A stretch of DNA of 64,000 bases from an uncultured Lachnospiraceae bacterium. GTDB taxonomy: Bacteria > Bacillota > Clostridia > Lachnospirales > Lachnospiraceae. Where the stretch lies: assembly GCA_947627645.1 (NCBI GenBank), contig CANQWV010000001.1:9367-73366 (forward strand). Reading direction: 5' to 3'. Position numbers and translations under genes: made by a program. Shown here one piece after another: positions 28,841 through 42,046 of the stretch (position 1 is its first letter; every line of letters starts with the position of its first letter). The notes beneath the pieces are model-generated. The model saw only the letters and a program-made list of their open reading frames with translations, was not told where the DNA came from and did no database searches.

Positions 28841-29839
28841 TTATTGCCAGATTGCGCTGTATGCGCTCATGAGGAGATTGATCTGAGTATCCGTTACCTT
28901 AGCCAGGCACTTCTCAATCGCCGCGTAAGTCTGCGGTCTGGAAGCCTGAAGAGCTGCCGGATTCAGGGTGTAATTCTTGAAGGACTCTGCAAAATACTCA
29001 GCGGCATTGGAGCACACATAAGCCTTGTTGTACTCTGTATAGTTCGCCTTCTCTGCCGCAAAGATCGCTCCAAACTCGCCGCCCTTGTCGTAGTTCCCTG
29101 CGATGAATGCAAGGAAATGTCCAAGCTCATGGTATACCGTCTCGGAGGTATCCTTCGCAGCGTTCAGTGTGATTGTACGGCTTCTCGCGTCAAACAGTCC
29201 ATCATAGTTGACACCGGAAGCAGTCTTGATGGAAAAGCCCATCTTGTCGAACGCGCCCTGCACTCTGGAATCTACGCTCGGCGCAGCAGCCGCTGCCGTC
29301 ATCGCCGTGTTGGCCGCTGCCACAGCTCTGGTATTCGTCGTTGTTGCCTTGCTGGACTGCGTCGTTGTGGTGGTCGTCGTAGTCTTTGGCGTCGTCGTAA
29401 CCGTGGTTGTGGTCTTGGTCGTTGTTATCTGTGTCTTGACTTTGGATTTCTTCTTGAACTTGTAAACAACGCTGGTCTCTGTCACTACCTTGGTGGTAAC
29501 CGTAGCCGTCGCGGTGTTCTCGGTGCTGGTTCTGGTCTTGGTCTTCGTCTTACCCTTCTGCGTATAAGTCTTCTTGGAAGCCTTCTTTAACTTGATCTTC
29601 TTTGTCTTCTTCTTTGTCTTCGTTGTGGTCTTTACCGTCGGTGCAGCCAGAGGCGTCTCATCTTCTTCTATCACAATATCCCCTGGCATATCAACATATG
29701 TGACAAGCTCCGGAACTGTGCTCTTGGAATCTTTCCACGCCCACATACTGCCACTAAAGACAATAGCCGCTGCAAGAACAATGCTGCCAATCTTTGTGGA
29801 GCGCTTTTTCAGCAACTCTTTTACTTTCTCCCTACTCAT
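28841..29839 (-). CDS. Surface zinc metallopeptidase, anthrax-lethal-factor/PPEP-1-like domain, with Lys/Thr-rich stalk
   Basis: N-terminal basic + hydrophobic anchor, K/T-rich region, YHELGH and EYFAESF motifs, ...LQASRPQTY tail. Confidence 0.8.
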   Translation of the reverse strand: MSREKVKELLKKRSTKIGSIVLAAAIVFSGSMWAWKDSKSTVPELVTYVDMPGDIVIEEDETPLAAPTVKTTTKTKKKTKKIKLKKASKKTYTQKGKTKTKTRTSTENTATATVTTKVVTETSVVYKFKKKSKVKTQITTTKTTTTVTTTPKTTTTTTTTQSSKATTTNTRAVAAANTAMTAAAAAPSVDSRVQGAFDKMGFSIKTASGVNYDGLFDARSRTITLNAAKDTSETVYHELGHFLAFIAGNYDKGGEFGAIFAAEKANYTEYNKAYVCSNAAEYFAESFKNYTLNPAALQASRPQTYAAIEKCLAKVTDTQINLLMSAYSAIWQ

Positions 29840-29887
29840 AAATCTCTCCTCCTCCTGAATATCTACCGTCTGATATACCCTTCCAGG

Positions 29888-29923
29888 AAAAAAAATAACC
29901 GCTACAGAATCTCTTAGCGGTTA
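29888..29923 (-). terminator. Intrinsic terminator in the peptidase 5' leader (riboswitch expression platform)
   Basis: Minus strand TAACCGCTA-AGAGATTCTG-TAGCGGTTA followed by 8 T, upstream of the RBS. Confidence 0.85.
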
Positions 29924-29982
29924 CCACATACACATTTTTCTCACTCCGCATGCTTAAAATGAACCCGCCATGCTTTATGATT

Positions 29983-30095
29983 CTAATGCGGCAACCGGCT
30001 ATCATAGTTTATCAGATCTGTGTAATCCAACCAACAAACCTTAGACCCTTGGCTTTGCGTCCTTACCTTTCGATAAGTTTGCCCTTATATCAGAT
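29983..30095 (-). ncRNA. Cyclic di-GMP-I (GEMM) riboswitch
   Basis: Minus strand GGGCAAACTTATC-GAAA-GGTAAG-GACGCAAAGCCAAGGGTCTAAG...TATGATAGCCGGTTGCCG contains the GEMM hallmarks (GNRA tetraloop, CUAAG/UAUG receptor). Ends are approximate. Confidence 0.93.
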
Positions 30096-30116
30096 TTCTT
30101 ATTTCTATTCATCCTC

Positions 30117-30145
30117 ATACTACTGGATATTTTTTACTTTGTCAA
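30117..30145 (-). promoter_or_regulatory. Sigma-A promoter of the riboswitch-peptidase transcript
   Basis: TTGACA-17 bp-TAGTAT on the minus strand. Confidence 0.7.
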
Positions 30146-30247
30146 TACTTTTTTTAAAAAAAACTTTCTTTTTTTTCTTATTCTGTTATACTTGTATCAG
30201 GTTCAAAATAACTATACCATATTTAGGAGGAGTCCGCAATATTTATT

Positions 30248-31177
30248 ATGAAACGATCACGTTTGCGCCAGGCGGCGGCCGCACTGTTGTCCCTTTTGAT
30301 AATCCTGTGCGGCGGCTGCGGAAAGCAGTCGCAGGAGCTGTCAGAAAAGCCCGATTACAAGCCTGGCATAACCACTGTGCTGACACCGGAATTCGGCAAA
30401 GCCGACACCGTCGAGGTGGATCCGCTCACACTTGATTTCTCATATACCGACCAGGGCTATTTTATGGGACGCCTTTCCGGTTCCGAACACAAGGTCAATA
30501 TCCAGGTGATAGGTCCGGATCAGGTGGAATACAAATATTTCCTGGAAGAGGCAGATACTGACACTGCGTTTCCGTTTACCGCCGGAAGCGGTCCCTACAC
30601 GGTTCTTGCATTTGAAAATATCGGCGGGGACCGGTACGCATCGCTGCTCAGCTATTCGGTCAGCGTAGAGCTCGCAAACGACTTTCTTCCTTTTTTATAT
30701 CCCAACCAGTACGTCGACTTCACGCAGGACAGCGAGGCTGTCCGTCTGGCGGCCGAGCTCTCTGCAGACTGTGAAGAGGATCTCGACGCTTTGACGGCAA
30801 TCTACAGCTACATCACAGAACATATTTCGTACGATGACGAGAAAGCCGCTACGGTCGAGACGGGCTATCTTCCGGATATCGACGAGACGCTGGATTCCGG
30901 AAAAGGGATCTGCTTCGACTACGCGGCACTGACCGCCTCCATGCTTCGCTCTCTGTCGATTCCCGCACGGCTCAATATCGGCTACAGCGGCGATATCCGC
31001 CATGCCTGGGTCGACGTGTACATCGAATCGGTCGGATGGGTGCGCAAGGCCGTCCAGTTCAATGGAAACGAGTGGGAAATGATGGATCCGACCTTCGCCG
31101 CGGCGATCGGCGACGACGAGCTGACAAACGACTACATAGGCGACGGCGAAAATTACTCACTGCAGTATATCCGCTGA
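30248..31177 (+). CDS. Transglutaminase-like lipoprotein
   Basis: Lipobox-like LCGG-C; catalytic triad motifs GICFDYA, HAWVDV and MDPT. Confidence 0.88.
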   Translation: MKRSRLRQAAAALLSLLIILCGGCGKQSQELSEKPDYKPGITTVLTPEFGKADTVEVDPLTLDFSYTDQGYFMGRLSGSEHKVNIQVIGPDQVEYKYFLEEADTDTAFPFTAGSGPYTVLAFENIGGDRYASLLSYSVSVELANDFLPFLYPNQYVDFTQDSEAVRLAAELSADCEEDLDALTAIYSYITEHISYDDEKAATVETGYLPDIDETLDSGKGICFDYAALTASMLRSLSIPARLNIGYSGDIRHAWVDVYIESVGWVRKAVQFNGNEWEMMDPTFAAAIGDDELTNDYIGDGENYSLQYIR

Positions 31178-31235
31178 GCAAAACATAAATAAAAAGATTC
31201 TGCCCTGACAGGGCGAAAGGAACAGGTATATCATT

Positions 31236-32276
31236 ATGAAAAAAAAGCTGACAGACAGTGAACTCTCCGCGTTTGCGGAACAGCTCGCCATGATCCTGCA
31301 CTCTGGCATCTCCACGCTGGAGGGCGTCATGATTCTGCGTGACGATACGCCGCCGGGACCGGGGCGGGATATCCTGGACACTGTGTACCAGTCCCTGGAG
31401 GAAACCGGCGACCTGGGGGAGGCGCTCAGCAAATCTGAGGTTTTTCCGGAATATTTTATCCGCATGACGCAGATTGCGGAGCGAAGCGGCACGCTCGAGG
31501 ATGTCATGTCCTCTCTGTTCGAATACTACAGCCGTCAATCCATGCTGATGCGCAGCATCCGCGACGCGCTCACCTATCCGCTCATCCTGCTGACCATGCT
31601 GTTTGCGGTGTTGATTGTGCTGATGACGCAGGTGATGCCTGTGTTCCGCGAGGTGTTCGACCAGCTCGGCATCGAGATGACCGGCATCTCCGCCGCAGTG
31701 TTCCAGATCTCCGGTGTTGTACAGCGTATATCGGCGATCATTCTCGTCGCAGTCGTGATCCTGGTGATCGGCATCCTGGTTATTCTGCGCACAGGGAAGG
31801 GGACTCCGGCTCTCCTATCGGCTGTGACTCATCTTCCGCTCGGCCGCAAGGTCGCCCGTCTGCTGGCAACCTCCCGCTTCTGCAAAGCGCTTGCGCTTTC
31901 CCTGCACAGCGGCCTGGACATGGGCGAGAGCTTTGAGCTTGCCAATTCCCTGACAAATTACGACGAATTCGAAAAAGACGTCAAACATGCCAGTGACCTC
32001 ATGGATCAGGGCAACGATCTCTCTGCCTCCCTGCGTGATTCCGGGATCATCACCGGGCTGAACGCGCGCATGGTCACAATCGGCTTCCGAACCGGAACAG
32101 CCGAGGTGGCGCTTGACCAAATCTCTGATAACTGCCAGGAGGAAGCGGATACGCATATCCAGTCCGCAGTCAATATGCTTGAGCCTACGCTGACCGCCGT
32201 GCTCTCAATCCTCACCGGACTGATCCTCGTATCCGTCATGCTGCCGTTGCTCGGCGTCATGGCAAATATTGGATAA
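31236..32276 (+). CDS. Type IV pilus/T2SS platform protein (PilC/GspF family)
   Basis: QLAMILHSGIS, AERSGTLE, ALTYP, VMPVF, second repeat GFRTG, LEP...SVMLP. Confidence 0.9.
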   Translation: MKKKLTDSELSAFAEQLAMILHSGISTLEGVMILRDDTPPGPGRDILDTVYQSLEETGDLGEALSKSEVFPEYFIRMTQIAERSGTLEDVMSSLFEYYSRQSMLMRSIRDALTYPLILLTMLFAVLIVLMTQVMPVFREVFDQLGIEMTGISAAVFQISGVVQRISAIILVAVVILVIGILVILRTGKGTPALLSAVTHLPLGRKVARLLATSRFCKALALSLHSGLDMGESFELANSLTNYDEFEKDVKHASDLMDQGNDLSASLRDSGIITGLNARMVTIGFRTGTAEVALDQISDNCQEEADTHIQSAVNMLEPTLTAVLSILTGLILVSVMLPLLGVMANIG

Positions 32277-32347
32277 TTAATAATTAATTTTCACACAAAG
32301 ACTTTGCCGCCGCAGCTGGCGGAGAAATGAAACAAATGGAGGCATCC

Positions 32348-32701
32348 ATGAACCGTTTTTCGCAAAAAAGGACTTCTTCCTATCTGCTGCGCCGTGTGAT
32401 CACACCGATCGCCGGAATATGCCTTGCCATAGCAATCCTGCTGTGGGGAGTCTCATCCGTGCGACAGTCCGCAGACAACAGCCAGATTGACAGTCTGCGG
32501 CAGGCCATCCTCCGCAGCGCCGTTCACTGCTACGCAATGAAAGGACGATATCCGGAAAGCCTGGATTACATAAAAGATCACTATGGGATCCGCTGGGACA
32601 CCGGCAAGTATCTTGTCGACTATGAGATCATGGGGGCAAATCTGATGCCGGACGTCACGATCTTCCCTATTGAGAACAAGGAGGCGCCGTATGCAGACTA
32701 G
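32348..32701 (+). CDS. Pilin/pseudopilin-like small protein
   Basis: Basic N-terminus, one hydrophobic helix, CYAMKGRYPESLDYI similar to the GspG YxxxxGxYP..L motif; GGAGG RBS. Confidence 0.65.
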   Translation: MNRFSQKRTSSYLLRRVITPIAGICLAIAILLWGVSSVRQSADNSQIDSLRQAILRSAVHCYAMKGRYPESLDYIKDHYGIRWDTGKYLVDYEIMGANLMPDVTIFPIENKEAPYAD

Positions 32702-33221
32702 ACAGAAAGGTCATTCAATCGATACGGTCTTTTCGTTCCTGCTGCTCCTGATTTTCTGCCTGTTCACACTGATGCTCGCAGGCATGGGCTCCACGGTCTA
32801 CCGGAACGGGACAGCTTATCTGAACGAAAACTATACCTCGCGCACTGCCGCCGCGTATATTTCGGAGAAGGTACGCCAGCACGACGAGGCAGGCGCCGTT
32901 TTCATGGCCTCAATAAAGGAATCATCCGGATCAGACGAAGCTTCTGCTCCATCCGTCGAGCTTCCTGCCCTCGCGTTCCTGGATACGGTCGAAGGAACAA
33001 ATTTTGTCACCTACGTCTATTTTTACGACAATGCACTTTGTGAGCTGATGGTTCAGGCAGACCGAACGCCGGACGCCGGAATGGGAACCCGCATCGTGGA
33101 GCTGTCTTCGCTTGCCATAGAGCCGGTTGCCGGAACAGACCTTCTGTCCGTCACTGCCGCCGGAGAAAAGGGCAATGCGCTCTCCGTTCTGGTTCACGTT
33201 TCCTGCGGACTGGAATCATAG
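32691..33221 (+). CDS. DUF4860-like minor pilin-like protein
   Basis: MQTRQKGHSIDTVFSFLLLLIF..., RTAAAYISEKVRQHD, TYVYFYDNALCEL. Confidence 0.7.
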   Translation: MQTRQKGHSIDTVFSFLLLLIFCLFTLMLAGMGSTVYRNGTAYLNENYTSRTAAAYISEKVRQHDEAGAVFMASIKESSGSDEASAPSVELPALAFLDTVEGTNFVTYVYFYDNALCELMVQADRTPDAGMGTRIVELSSLAIEPVAGTDLLSVTAAGEKGNALSVLVHVSCGLES

Positions 33222-33248
33222 CTCTGTAATATTTTTTGGAGGATCCTT

Positions 33249-33812
33249 ATGAAAAGAAACGACAGGGCAGGCTCACACCTGTTCTTCATTGAATTTATCA
33301 TCGTGCTGTTTTTCTTCCTGATCGTGAGCACCGTCTGTCTGCGTCTGTTTGCGCGCGCGCATGGAATCACGCAGCGCGCGGATGCGCTCTCGCACGCACA
33401 GGCTGCGGCAGCCTCCGTCGCGGCGGTTATGGAGGACCTTCTGTCGAATTCCGAAACCAAAGCAGCAAAATTGACAGACAGCAAAAGCGACTCGACGGTT
33501 TCTGACAGCTCTGCCTCCGGCTCATTTGATGCAGAAAATTTCCTGCAGACTGCCGCAGAGTATCTCCCGGGCGCAGCTTTAACAATCCTGCCGGAGGACG
33601 CAGACAGCCAGGAATGCCTCGCTATCTTCTATAACGAAGCGTTTGAGTCCTGCGCAGCCGACGACGCCCGCTTCCTGCTGACTGCAAAGATCACGCAGGA
33701 CGGTCAGGAATCAATCCTCAGCATCTCCGTCACAGACTATGACCACGACCCGGTCTACGAGCTATCGGTCGCCCTCCATCGCCCTGCGACGCGAAAGGAG
33801 GCGCTGCAATGA
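33249..33812 (+). CDS. Minor pilin-like protein
   Basis: RAGSHLFFIEFIIVLFFFLIVSTVCLRLF: degenerate class III signal with a Glu in the hydrophobic helix. Confidence 0.65.
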   Translation: MKRNDRAGSHLFFIEFIIVLFFFLIVSTVCLRLFARAHGITQRADALSHAQAAAASVAAVMEDLLSNSETKAAKLTDSKSDSTVSDSSASGSFDAENFLQTAAEYLPGAALTILPEDADSQECLAIFYNEAFESCAADDARFLLTAKITQDGQESILSISVTDYDHDPVYELSVALHRPATRKEALQ

Positions 33813-34396
33813 GGAAAACTTCCGGCGTCTCCCTGATGCTTTTGATCTTCCTTTCGCTCTGCCTGATCATCTTCTCGCTGCTGTCCCTGTCCGGAGCCGT
33901 CGCGGATGAAACTCTGAGCAGCCAGGCGGCGGATCGTACAACCGAATACTACGCTGCCGTGACCTCTGCAAACAATCTCCTCGCACAGATTGACCTGCAG
34001 CTTGCGGCATACCTCAAAGAAGCCGAAGCGGCGAACGAAGCGGATGCTTCCAAAGCCTCCAGCTCCGATCCGGAAACCGCCGGGACGACCAGCCCTGGAA
34101 ATAAAAATGCCGCGAATCACGCTGAGAACTCCGGCACAAAACAAAAAGAAACCGCATACCTTCAGCTTTGCAGCCAGATCGGGAAAGATATCCCAAACGT
34201 CTCCTGGGAAGACGATTTACTTGCTTTTTCTGTCAATGTAAATGAAGATCAAATCCTGCAGATTAAACTTACGATAAGCTATCCAACTTCAGATGACGAT
34301 ACTCTGTACTGCATTCATACCTGGAAGATCGTCAATACCAGCGACTGGAATGCCGACACCAGCATGAATCTGTTTCGCAGTGAAGATTTATCCTGA
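33809..34396 (+). CDS. Minor pilin-like protein (GspK/PilX-like N-terminus)
   Basis: MRKTSG-VSLMLLIFLSLCL..., EYYAA motif; ATGA overlap with the previous gene. Confidence 0.65.
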   Translation: MRKTSGVSLMLLIFLSLCLIIFSLLSLSGAVADETLSSQAADRTTEYYAAVTSANNLLAQIDLQLAAYLKEAEAANEADASKASSSDPETAGTTSPGNKNAANHAENSGTKQKETAYLQLCSQIGKDIPNVSWEDDLLAFSVNVNEDQILQIKLTISYPTSDDDTLYCIHTWKIVNTSDWNADTSMNLFRSEDLS

Positions 34397-34548
34397 CAAA
34401 ACAGATTCTGTCGCCGAAATTTTTATAGGCTAGCCTAATCCACCTGTGACCGCTATAATAAAAGAGATCGGGGAAATGTCAAACAGAAATTTCTGATTTT
34501 TATACGCTGCCAGAATACGGCGTGCAAGATAAAAAGGAGTCCTGATTT

Positions 34549-35613
34549 ATGAATGAATTAATGAATGCGACAGCAATCCTGACATCAGCCACACAGGCGA
34601 AAGCCTCCGACATTTTCATCGTGGCCGGCCTCGCCCTGAGCTATAAAGTAAATGGGGAGATTCGCTCGGAAGGCGAACGTCTGATGCCAGCTGACACGGA
34701 AATGTTGATCAAGGATATCTATCACCTCGCAAATGACCGTTCCATGGAAAAATTTCTCGAATATGGCGACGACGATTTTTCCTTCGCCATCCCCGGCCTG
34801 TCACGTTTCCGTGTCAGCACATACAAACAGCGCGGTTCTCTCGCCGCGGTGATCCGTGTCATCGTCTTCGAGCTGCCCCGCCCGGAGGAGCTCGGCATTC
34901 CGCCGATCGTGCTCAGCCTTACCGATATCACAAAGGGGCTTGTCCTTGTAACCGGACCTGCCGGCAGCGGCAAATCCACGACGCTCGCCTGTCTCGTGGA
35001 CCGCATCAACGCTTCCCGCGAGGACCACATCATCACGTTGGAGGATCCGCTGGAATTCCTTCACCGCCATAAAAAGAGCATCGTCAGCCAGCGCGAGATC
35101 TCCACAGACACCGAGAATTACCTGACCGCTCTGCGCGCGGCGCTGCGGCAGAGTCCGGACGTCATACTGCTCGGCGAGATGCGCGACCACGAGACGATCC
35201 AGACAGCCATGACGGCCGCGGAGACCGGACATCTCGTGCTCTCCAGCCTGCATACGATCGGCGCGGCCAACACGATCAGCCGTATCGTCGATGTGTTCGA
35301 CTCTTCGCAGCAGCACCAGATCGCTGTGCAGCTCTCGATGGTTCTGCGCGCGGTTGTATCACAGCAGCTCGTCCCGGCTGTCGGCGGCGGCATGATTCCG
35401 GCGTTTGAGATCATGATCATGACCCCGGCCATCAGCAATATGATCCGCGACAACAAGATGCACCAGATCGAGGGTATCATCTACACCTCCGCGAAAGAAG
35501 ACATGATCTCGATGGACAACAGTCTGCTGGAGCTGTTTAAAAAAGGCCGCATCACACGTGACACGGCACTGCAGTATTGTACAAACGTCGAGATGATGCG
35601 GAAGAAAATCTGA
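34549..35613 (+). CDS. pilT: PilT/PilU-family ATPase
   Basis: GPAGSGKST, TLEDPLE, ALRQSPDVILLGEMRD, TGHLVLSSLH, AISNMIRD (AIRNLIRE-like). Confidence 0.92.
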   Translation: MNELMNATAILTSATQAKASDIFIVAGLALSYKVNGEIRSEGERLMPADTEMLIKDIYHLANDRSMEKFLEYGDDDFSFAIPGLSRFRVSTYKQRGSLAAVIRVIVFELPRPEELGIPPIVLSLTDITKGLVLVTGPAGSGKSTTLACLVDRINASREDHIITLEDPLEFLHRHKKSIVSQREISTDTENYLTALRAALRQSPDVILLGEMRDHETIQTAMTAAETGHLVLSSLHTIGAANTISRIVDVFDSSQQHQIAVQLSMVLRAVVSQQLVPAVGGGMIPAFEIMIMTPAISNMIRDNKMHQIEGIIYTSAKEDMISMDNSLLELFKKGRITRDTALQYCTNVEMMRKKI

Positions 35614-35705
35614 CCGTAAACAGACATTCTCCCGAGGCACATTCCCTTATCGCTTTCCGAGGCAATGCCCTCTATCACTTGAACAGGTTCCGAAAGTGTT
35701 CCAAA

Positions 35706-35738
35706 GGAAAGAACCCTATATTCTGGGGTTCTTTTTTA
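35706..35738. terminator. Bidirectional terminator
   Basis: AAAGAACCC...GGGTTCTTTTTT. Confidence 0.75.
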
Positions 35739-35821
35739 TATGCTGCGCATGGGTAAGTGCATAAAATGCGGGTGCTGCGCACGAAAAAAATAAGCGATGA
35801 ATAAGATACCGTCTGATCATC

Positions 35822-37213
35822 TTACAAAAAATCAGTCCACAATTTTTTGGTACGAATACCTTTGGCATTAAAGTAATATTTGTATTTACCTATCTTGACC
35901 CATTTATTCTTTTGCATCACGCCAGACTTGTTAAAGTAATAGTACTTGCCCTTTATCTTAACCTGTCCCGTCTGCGTGACACCTTTCTTGTTAAAATAAT
36001 ATTTTTTCTTTTTGATGGTCTTGAATTTGTTCTTGACCATCTTACCCTTCGAGTAGTAATACTTCTTGCCACCCTTCTTGAGCCAACCAGTATATTTTTC
36101 ACCACCCTTATAGTATACGCCTTTCTTTGTACCTGTAAATTTCTTGCCATTCTTATAAAGGCAGGTTTTCCCATCTATTTTACAGGTACCCGAATATTTT
36201 TTCTGGTTTTTGACATAAACCTCTTCACCACCGACGATAGCTGGTCCCTGATAATTCTTCGGCAGGTCTTTCAGCTTTTTCACTGTCGGAGTTCCTGAGG
36301 ATGTCTGTTTCCCGGTTACAGTGACTCGATAAGATACAGTTTGCCCATCAAGACTTGCCGTAAAGGTAGTAGTCCCTGCCTTTAATCCTGTGAGTTTAAT
36401 TTCATTAACAGTGGGAACTACTGACACAATAGATGGGTCGGCAACTTTATAGGTCGCCTGAGTATTGTCAAGCATAAAGTGCCTGCTATCTGCGGGTGGA
36501 CACTGGAATATACCTGTTTTGTCACTTTCTCCCACTTTCAGCGTAATTTTGTGGGTTTCATGACCTCCCATGTAAGCTCCATCTTTACCATTACAAAGGT
36601 TAAAATTAGATACTAATGTGCTTATAGTTCGTGTTTCTGTTTCCACTGTACTTTTATAGCTGCCTGTATTGGTATTACTATTGCTAAATAAAAACACTGC
36701 ATATGTATGCCCGTGAGGGTTCGATATATCCTCATATAAGCCAATCCCTATATTTGTATTAAAGGTATCCTCTAAAAAATATGAGTTGTAGAAACGAGAA
36801 CCCAAATTATTTTTAAATTCTTCATCTGAACTAGATGCCGTATTGAAATCTGCGATAAAAATATCATTTACTGGCTTTGTAAATAATGTGCTATATACAC
36901 TGGTTCCGTCTGGTCTTATATGGGATGCAGCCATGGTCGGATAAAATGCGAGTTCCGCCGCCATTTGTGTTGCCCATTCCTGCAAATCAGCATCAAGAGT
37001 GAATGATGGGGCTCCATATTGTTTCCGATGCTGATTGATGTCTTCAACCATTAGCTTAGCAGCACCATACCATGAACGGCCTACTATTCTAACATTCACA
37101 GTCGAAGATGCGTATGCTTCCAGCTTCGGGCAATTTACGGCGAGTCCCAGAATTGCGATACTGAATATTATGCGCAGGAAATTCCGTATTACTTTTTCTT
37201 TCTCTGTTTTCAT
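35822..37213 (-). CDS. Secreted CAP/SCP + Ig-like + cell-wall-binding-repeat protein
   Basis: Signal peptide; INQHRKQYGA...SHIRPDG (CAP); DPSIVSV...GLKAGTTTFTAS (Ig-like); repeats TGWLKKGGKKYYY and KIKGKYYYFNKSGVM; visibly AT-rich. Confidence 0.8.
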   Translation of the reverse strand: MKTEKEKVIRNFLRIIFSIAILGLAVNCPKLEAYASSTVNVRIVGRSWYGAAKLMVEDINQHRKQYGAPSFTLDADLQEWATQMAAELAFYPTMAASHIRPDGTSVYSTLFTKPVNDIFIADFNTASSSDEEFKNNLGSRFYNSYFLEDTFNTNIGIGLYEDISNPHGHTYAVFLFSNSNTNTGSYKSTVETETRTISTLVSNFNLCNGKDGAYMGGHETHKITLKVGESDKTGIFQCPPADSRHFMLDNTQATYKVADPSIVSVVPTVNEIKLTGLKAGTTTFTASLDGQTVSYRVTVTGKQTSSGTPTVKKLKDLPKNYQGPAIVGGEEVYVKNQKKYSGTCKIDGKTCLYKNGKKFTGTKKGVYYKGGEKYTGWLKKGGKKYYYSKGKMVKNKFKTIKKKKYYFNKKGVTQTGQVKIKGKYYYFNKSGVMQKNKWVKIGKYKYYFNAKGIRTKKLWTDFL

Positions 37214-37549
37214 CTATAAAACCTCCTTTAGACAAAAGCATCTTTCGGCTGATAAATTAACAATATGTACCTATGTTTCATTATACTCTTGCTCTGCCCC
37301 ATCGTCAATGCACCCACCTGTTACACAGCTTTATATCATACCAAACAGGAGATATCACGCTCTGGACTTTGATTTGAAAAAAGAAGTATTCGTCAAGAGG
37401 TTTGCCCCGAAAAACAGAATACAAAAACTGCCATACCGCAGCTGTCGTCATCAAGGACGATGCCGCCGCATGGCAGTTTTTCATTTTGTTATTATTTCAA
37501 CATTCACTGTTACGCCAATCCATCGGCCAGCTGATCCGGTCGTCATATG

Positions 37550-37960
37550 TCATCTCATCTTCGCAGCTTCGAGCCGCACCAATGCTTTTTTCAGTGCTAC
37601 CTCAGCGCGGGATGTGTCGATCCTCGGATCATGGGTCTGCAGCCGGCGTTCGGCGCGCTGCTCTGCTTCCCTTGCGCGGTTCTCGTCAATCTCCTCCGGC
37701 CACTCGGCAATCTCCGCCATCACGGAAATCCTGTCCGGCAGGATCTCGATAAATCCGGCGTGTACGGCCGCTTCCTTGTTCTCACCTTCGAGGTGGATCG
37801 TCATGATGCCGGGCGCAAGGATCATCGTCATCGGAATATGCCTCTTGTAGATACCCACCTGGCCCTCGCTCGTGTTGAGCTCCAGCATGGACGCCTGCCC
37901 TTTCCAGAAGATACGGTCCGGTGTGATGATCTCCAGGTCGAAATATTTGTCATCTGCCAT
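37550..37960 (-). CDS. atpC: ATP synthase epsilon subunit
   Basis: LEIITPDR, AEIAEWPEEIDENRA; last gene of the atp operon. Confidence 0.93.
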   Translation of the reverse strand: MADDKYFDLEIITPDRIFWKGQASMLELNTSEGQVGIYKRHIPMTMILAPGIMTIHLEGENKEAAVHAGFIEILPDRISVMAEIAEWPEEIDENRAREAEQRAERRLQTHDPRIDTSRAEVALKKALVRLEAAKMR

Positions 37961-38083
37961 AGTGTGTCTTTGTTCCTTTCTTCTCGCTTTACCCGGACAG
38001 AACACCCGAAAATCTCAGCTGTCCTTCTGCCCGAATATGATACTACGAAAATCTCAAACATATGCACGTCTCTGCCGCATATT

Positions 38084-40353
<2,270 letters not shown>

Positions 40354-40365
40354 ACTTCGTCCTCC

Positions 40366-42024
<1,659 letters not shown>

Positions 42025-42046
42025 CTATGATACACGGATGTCTGCG

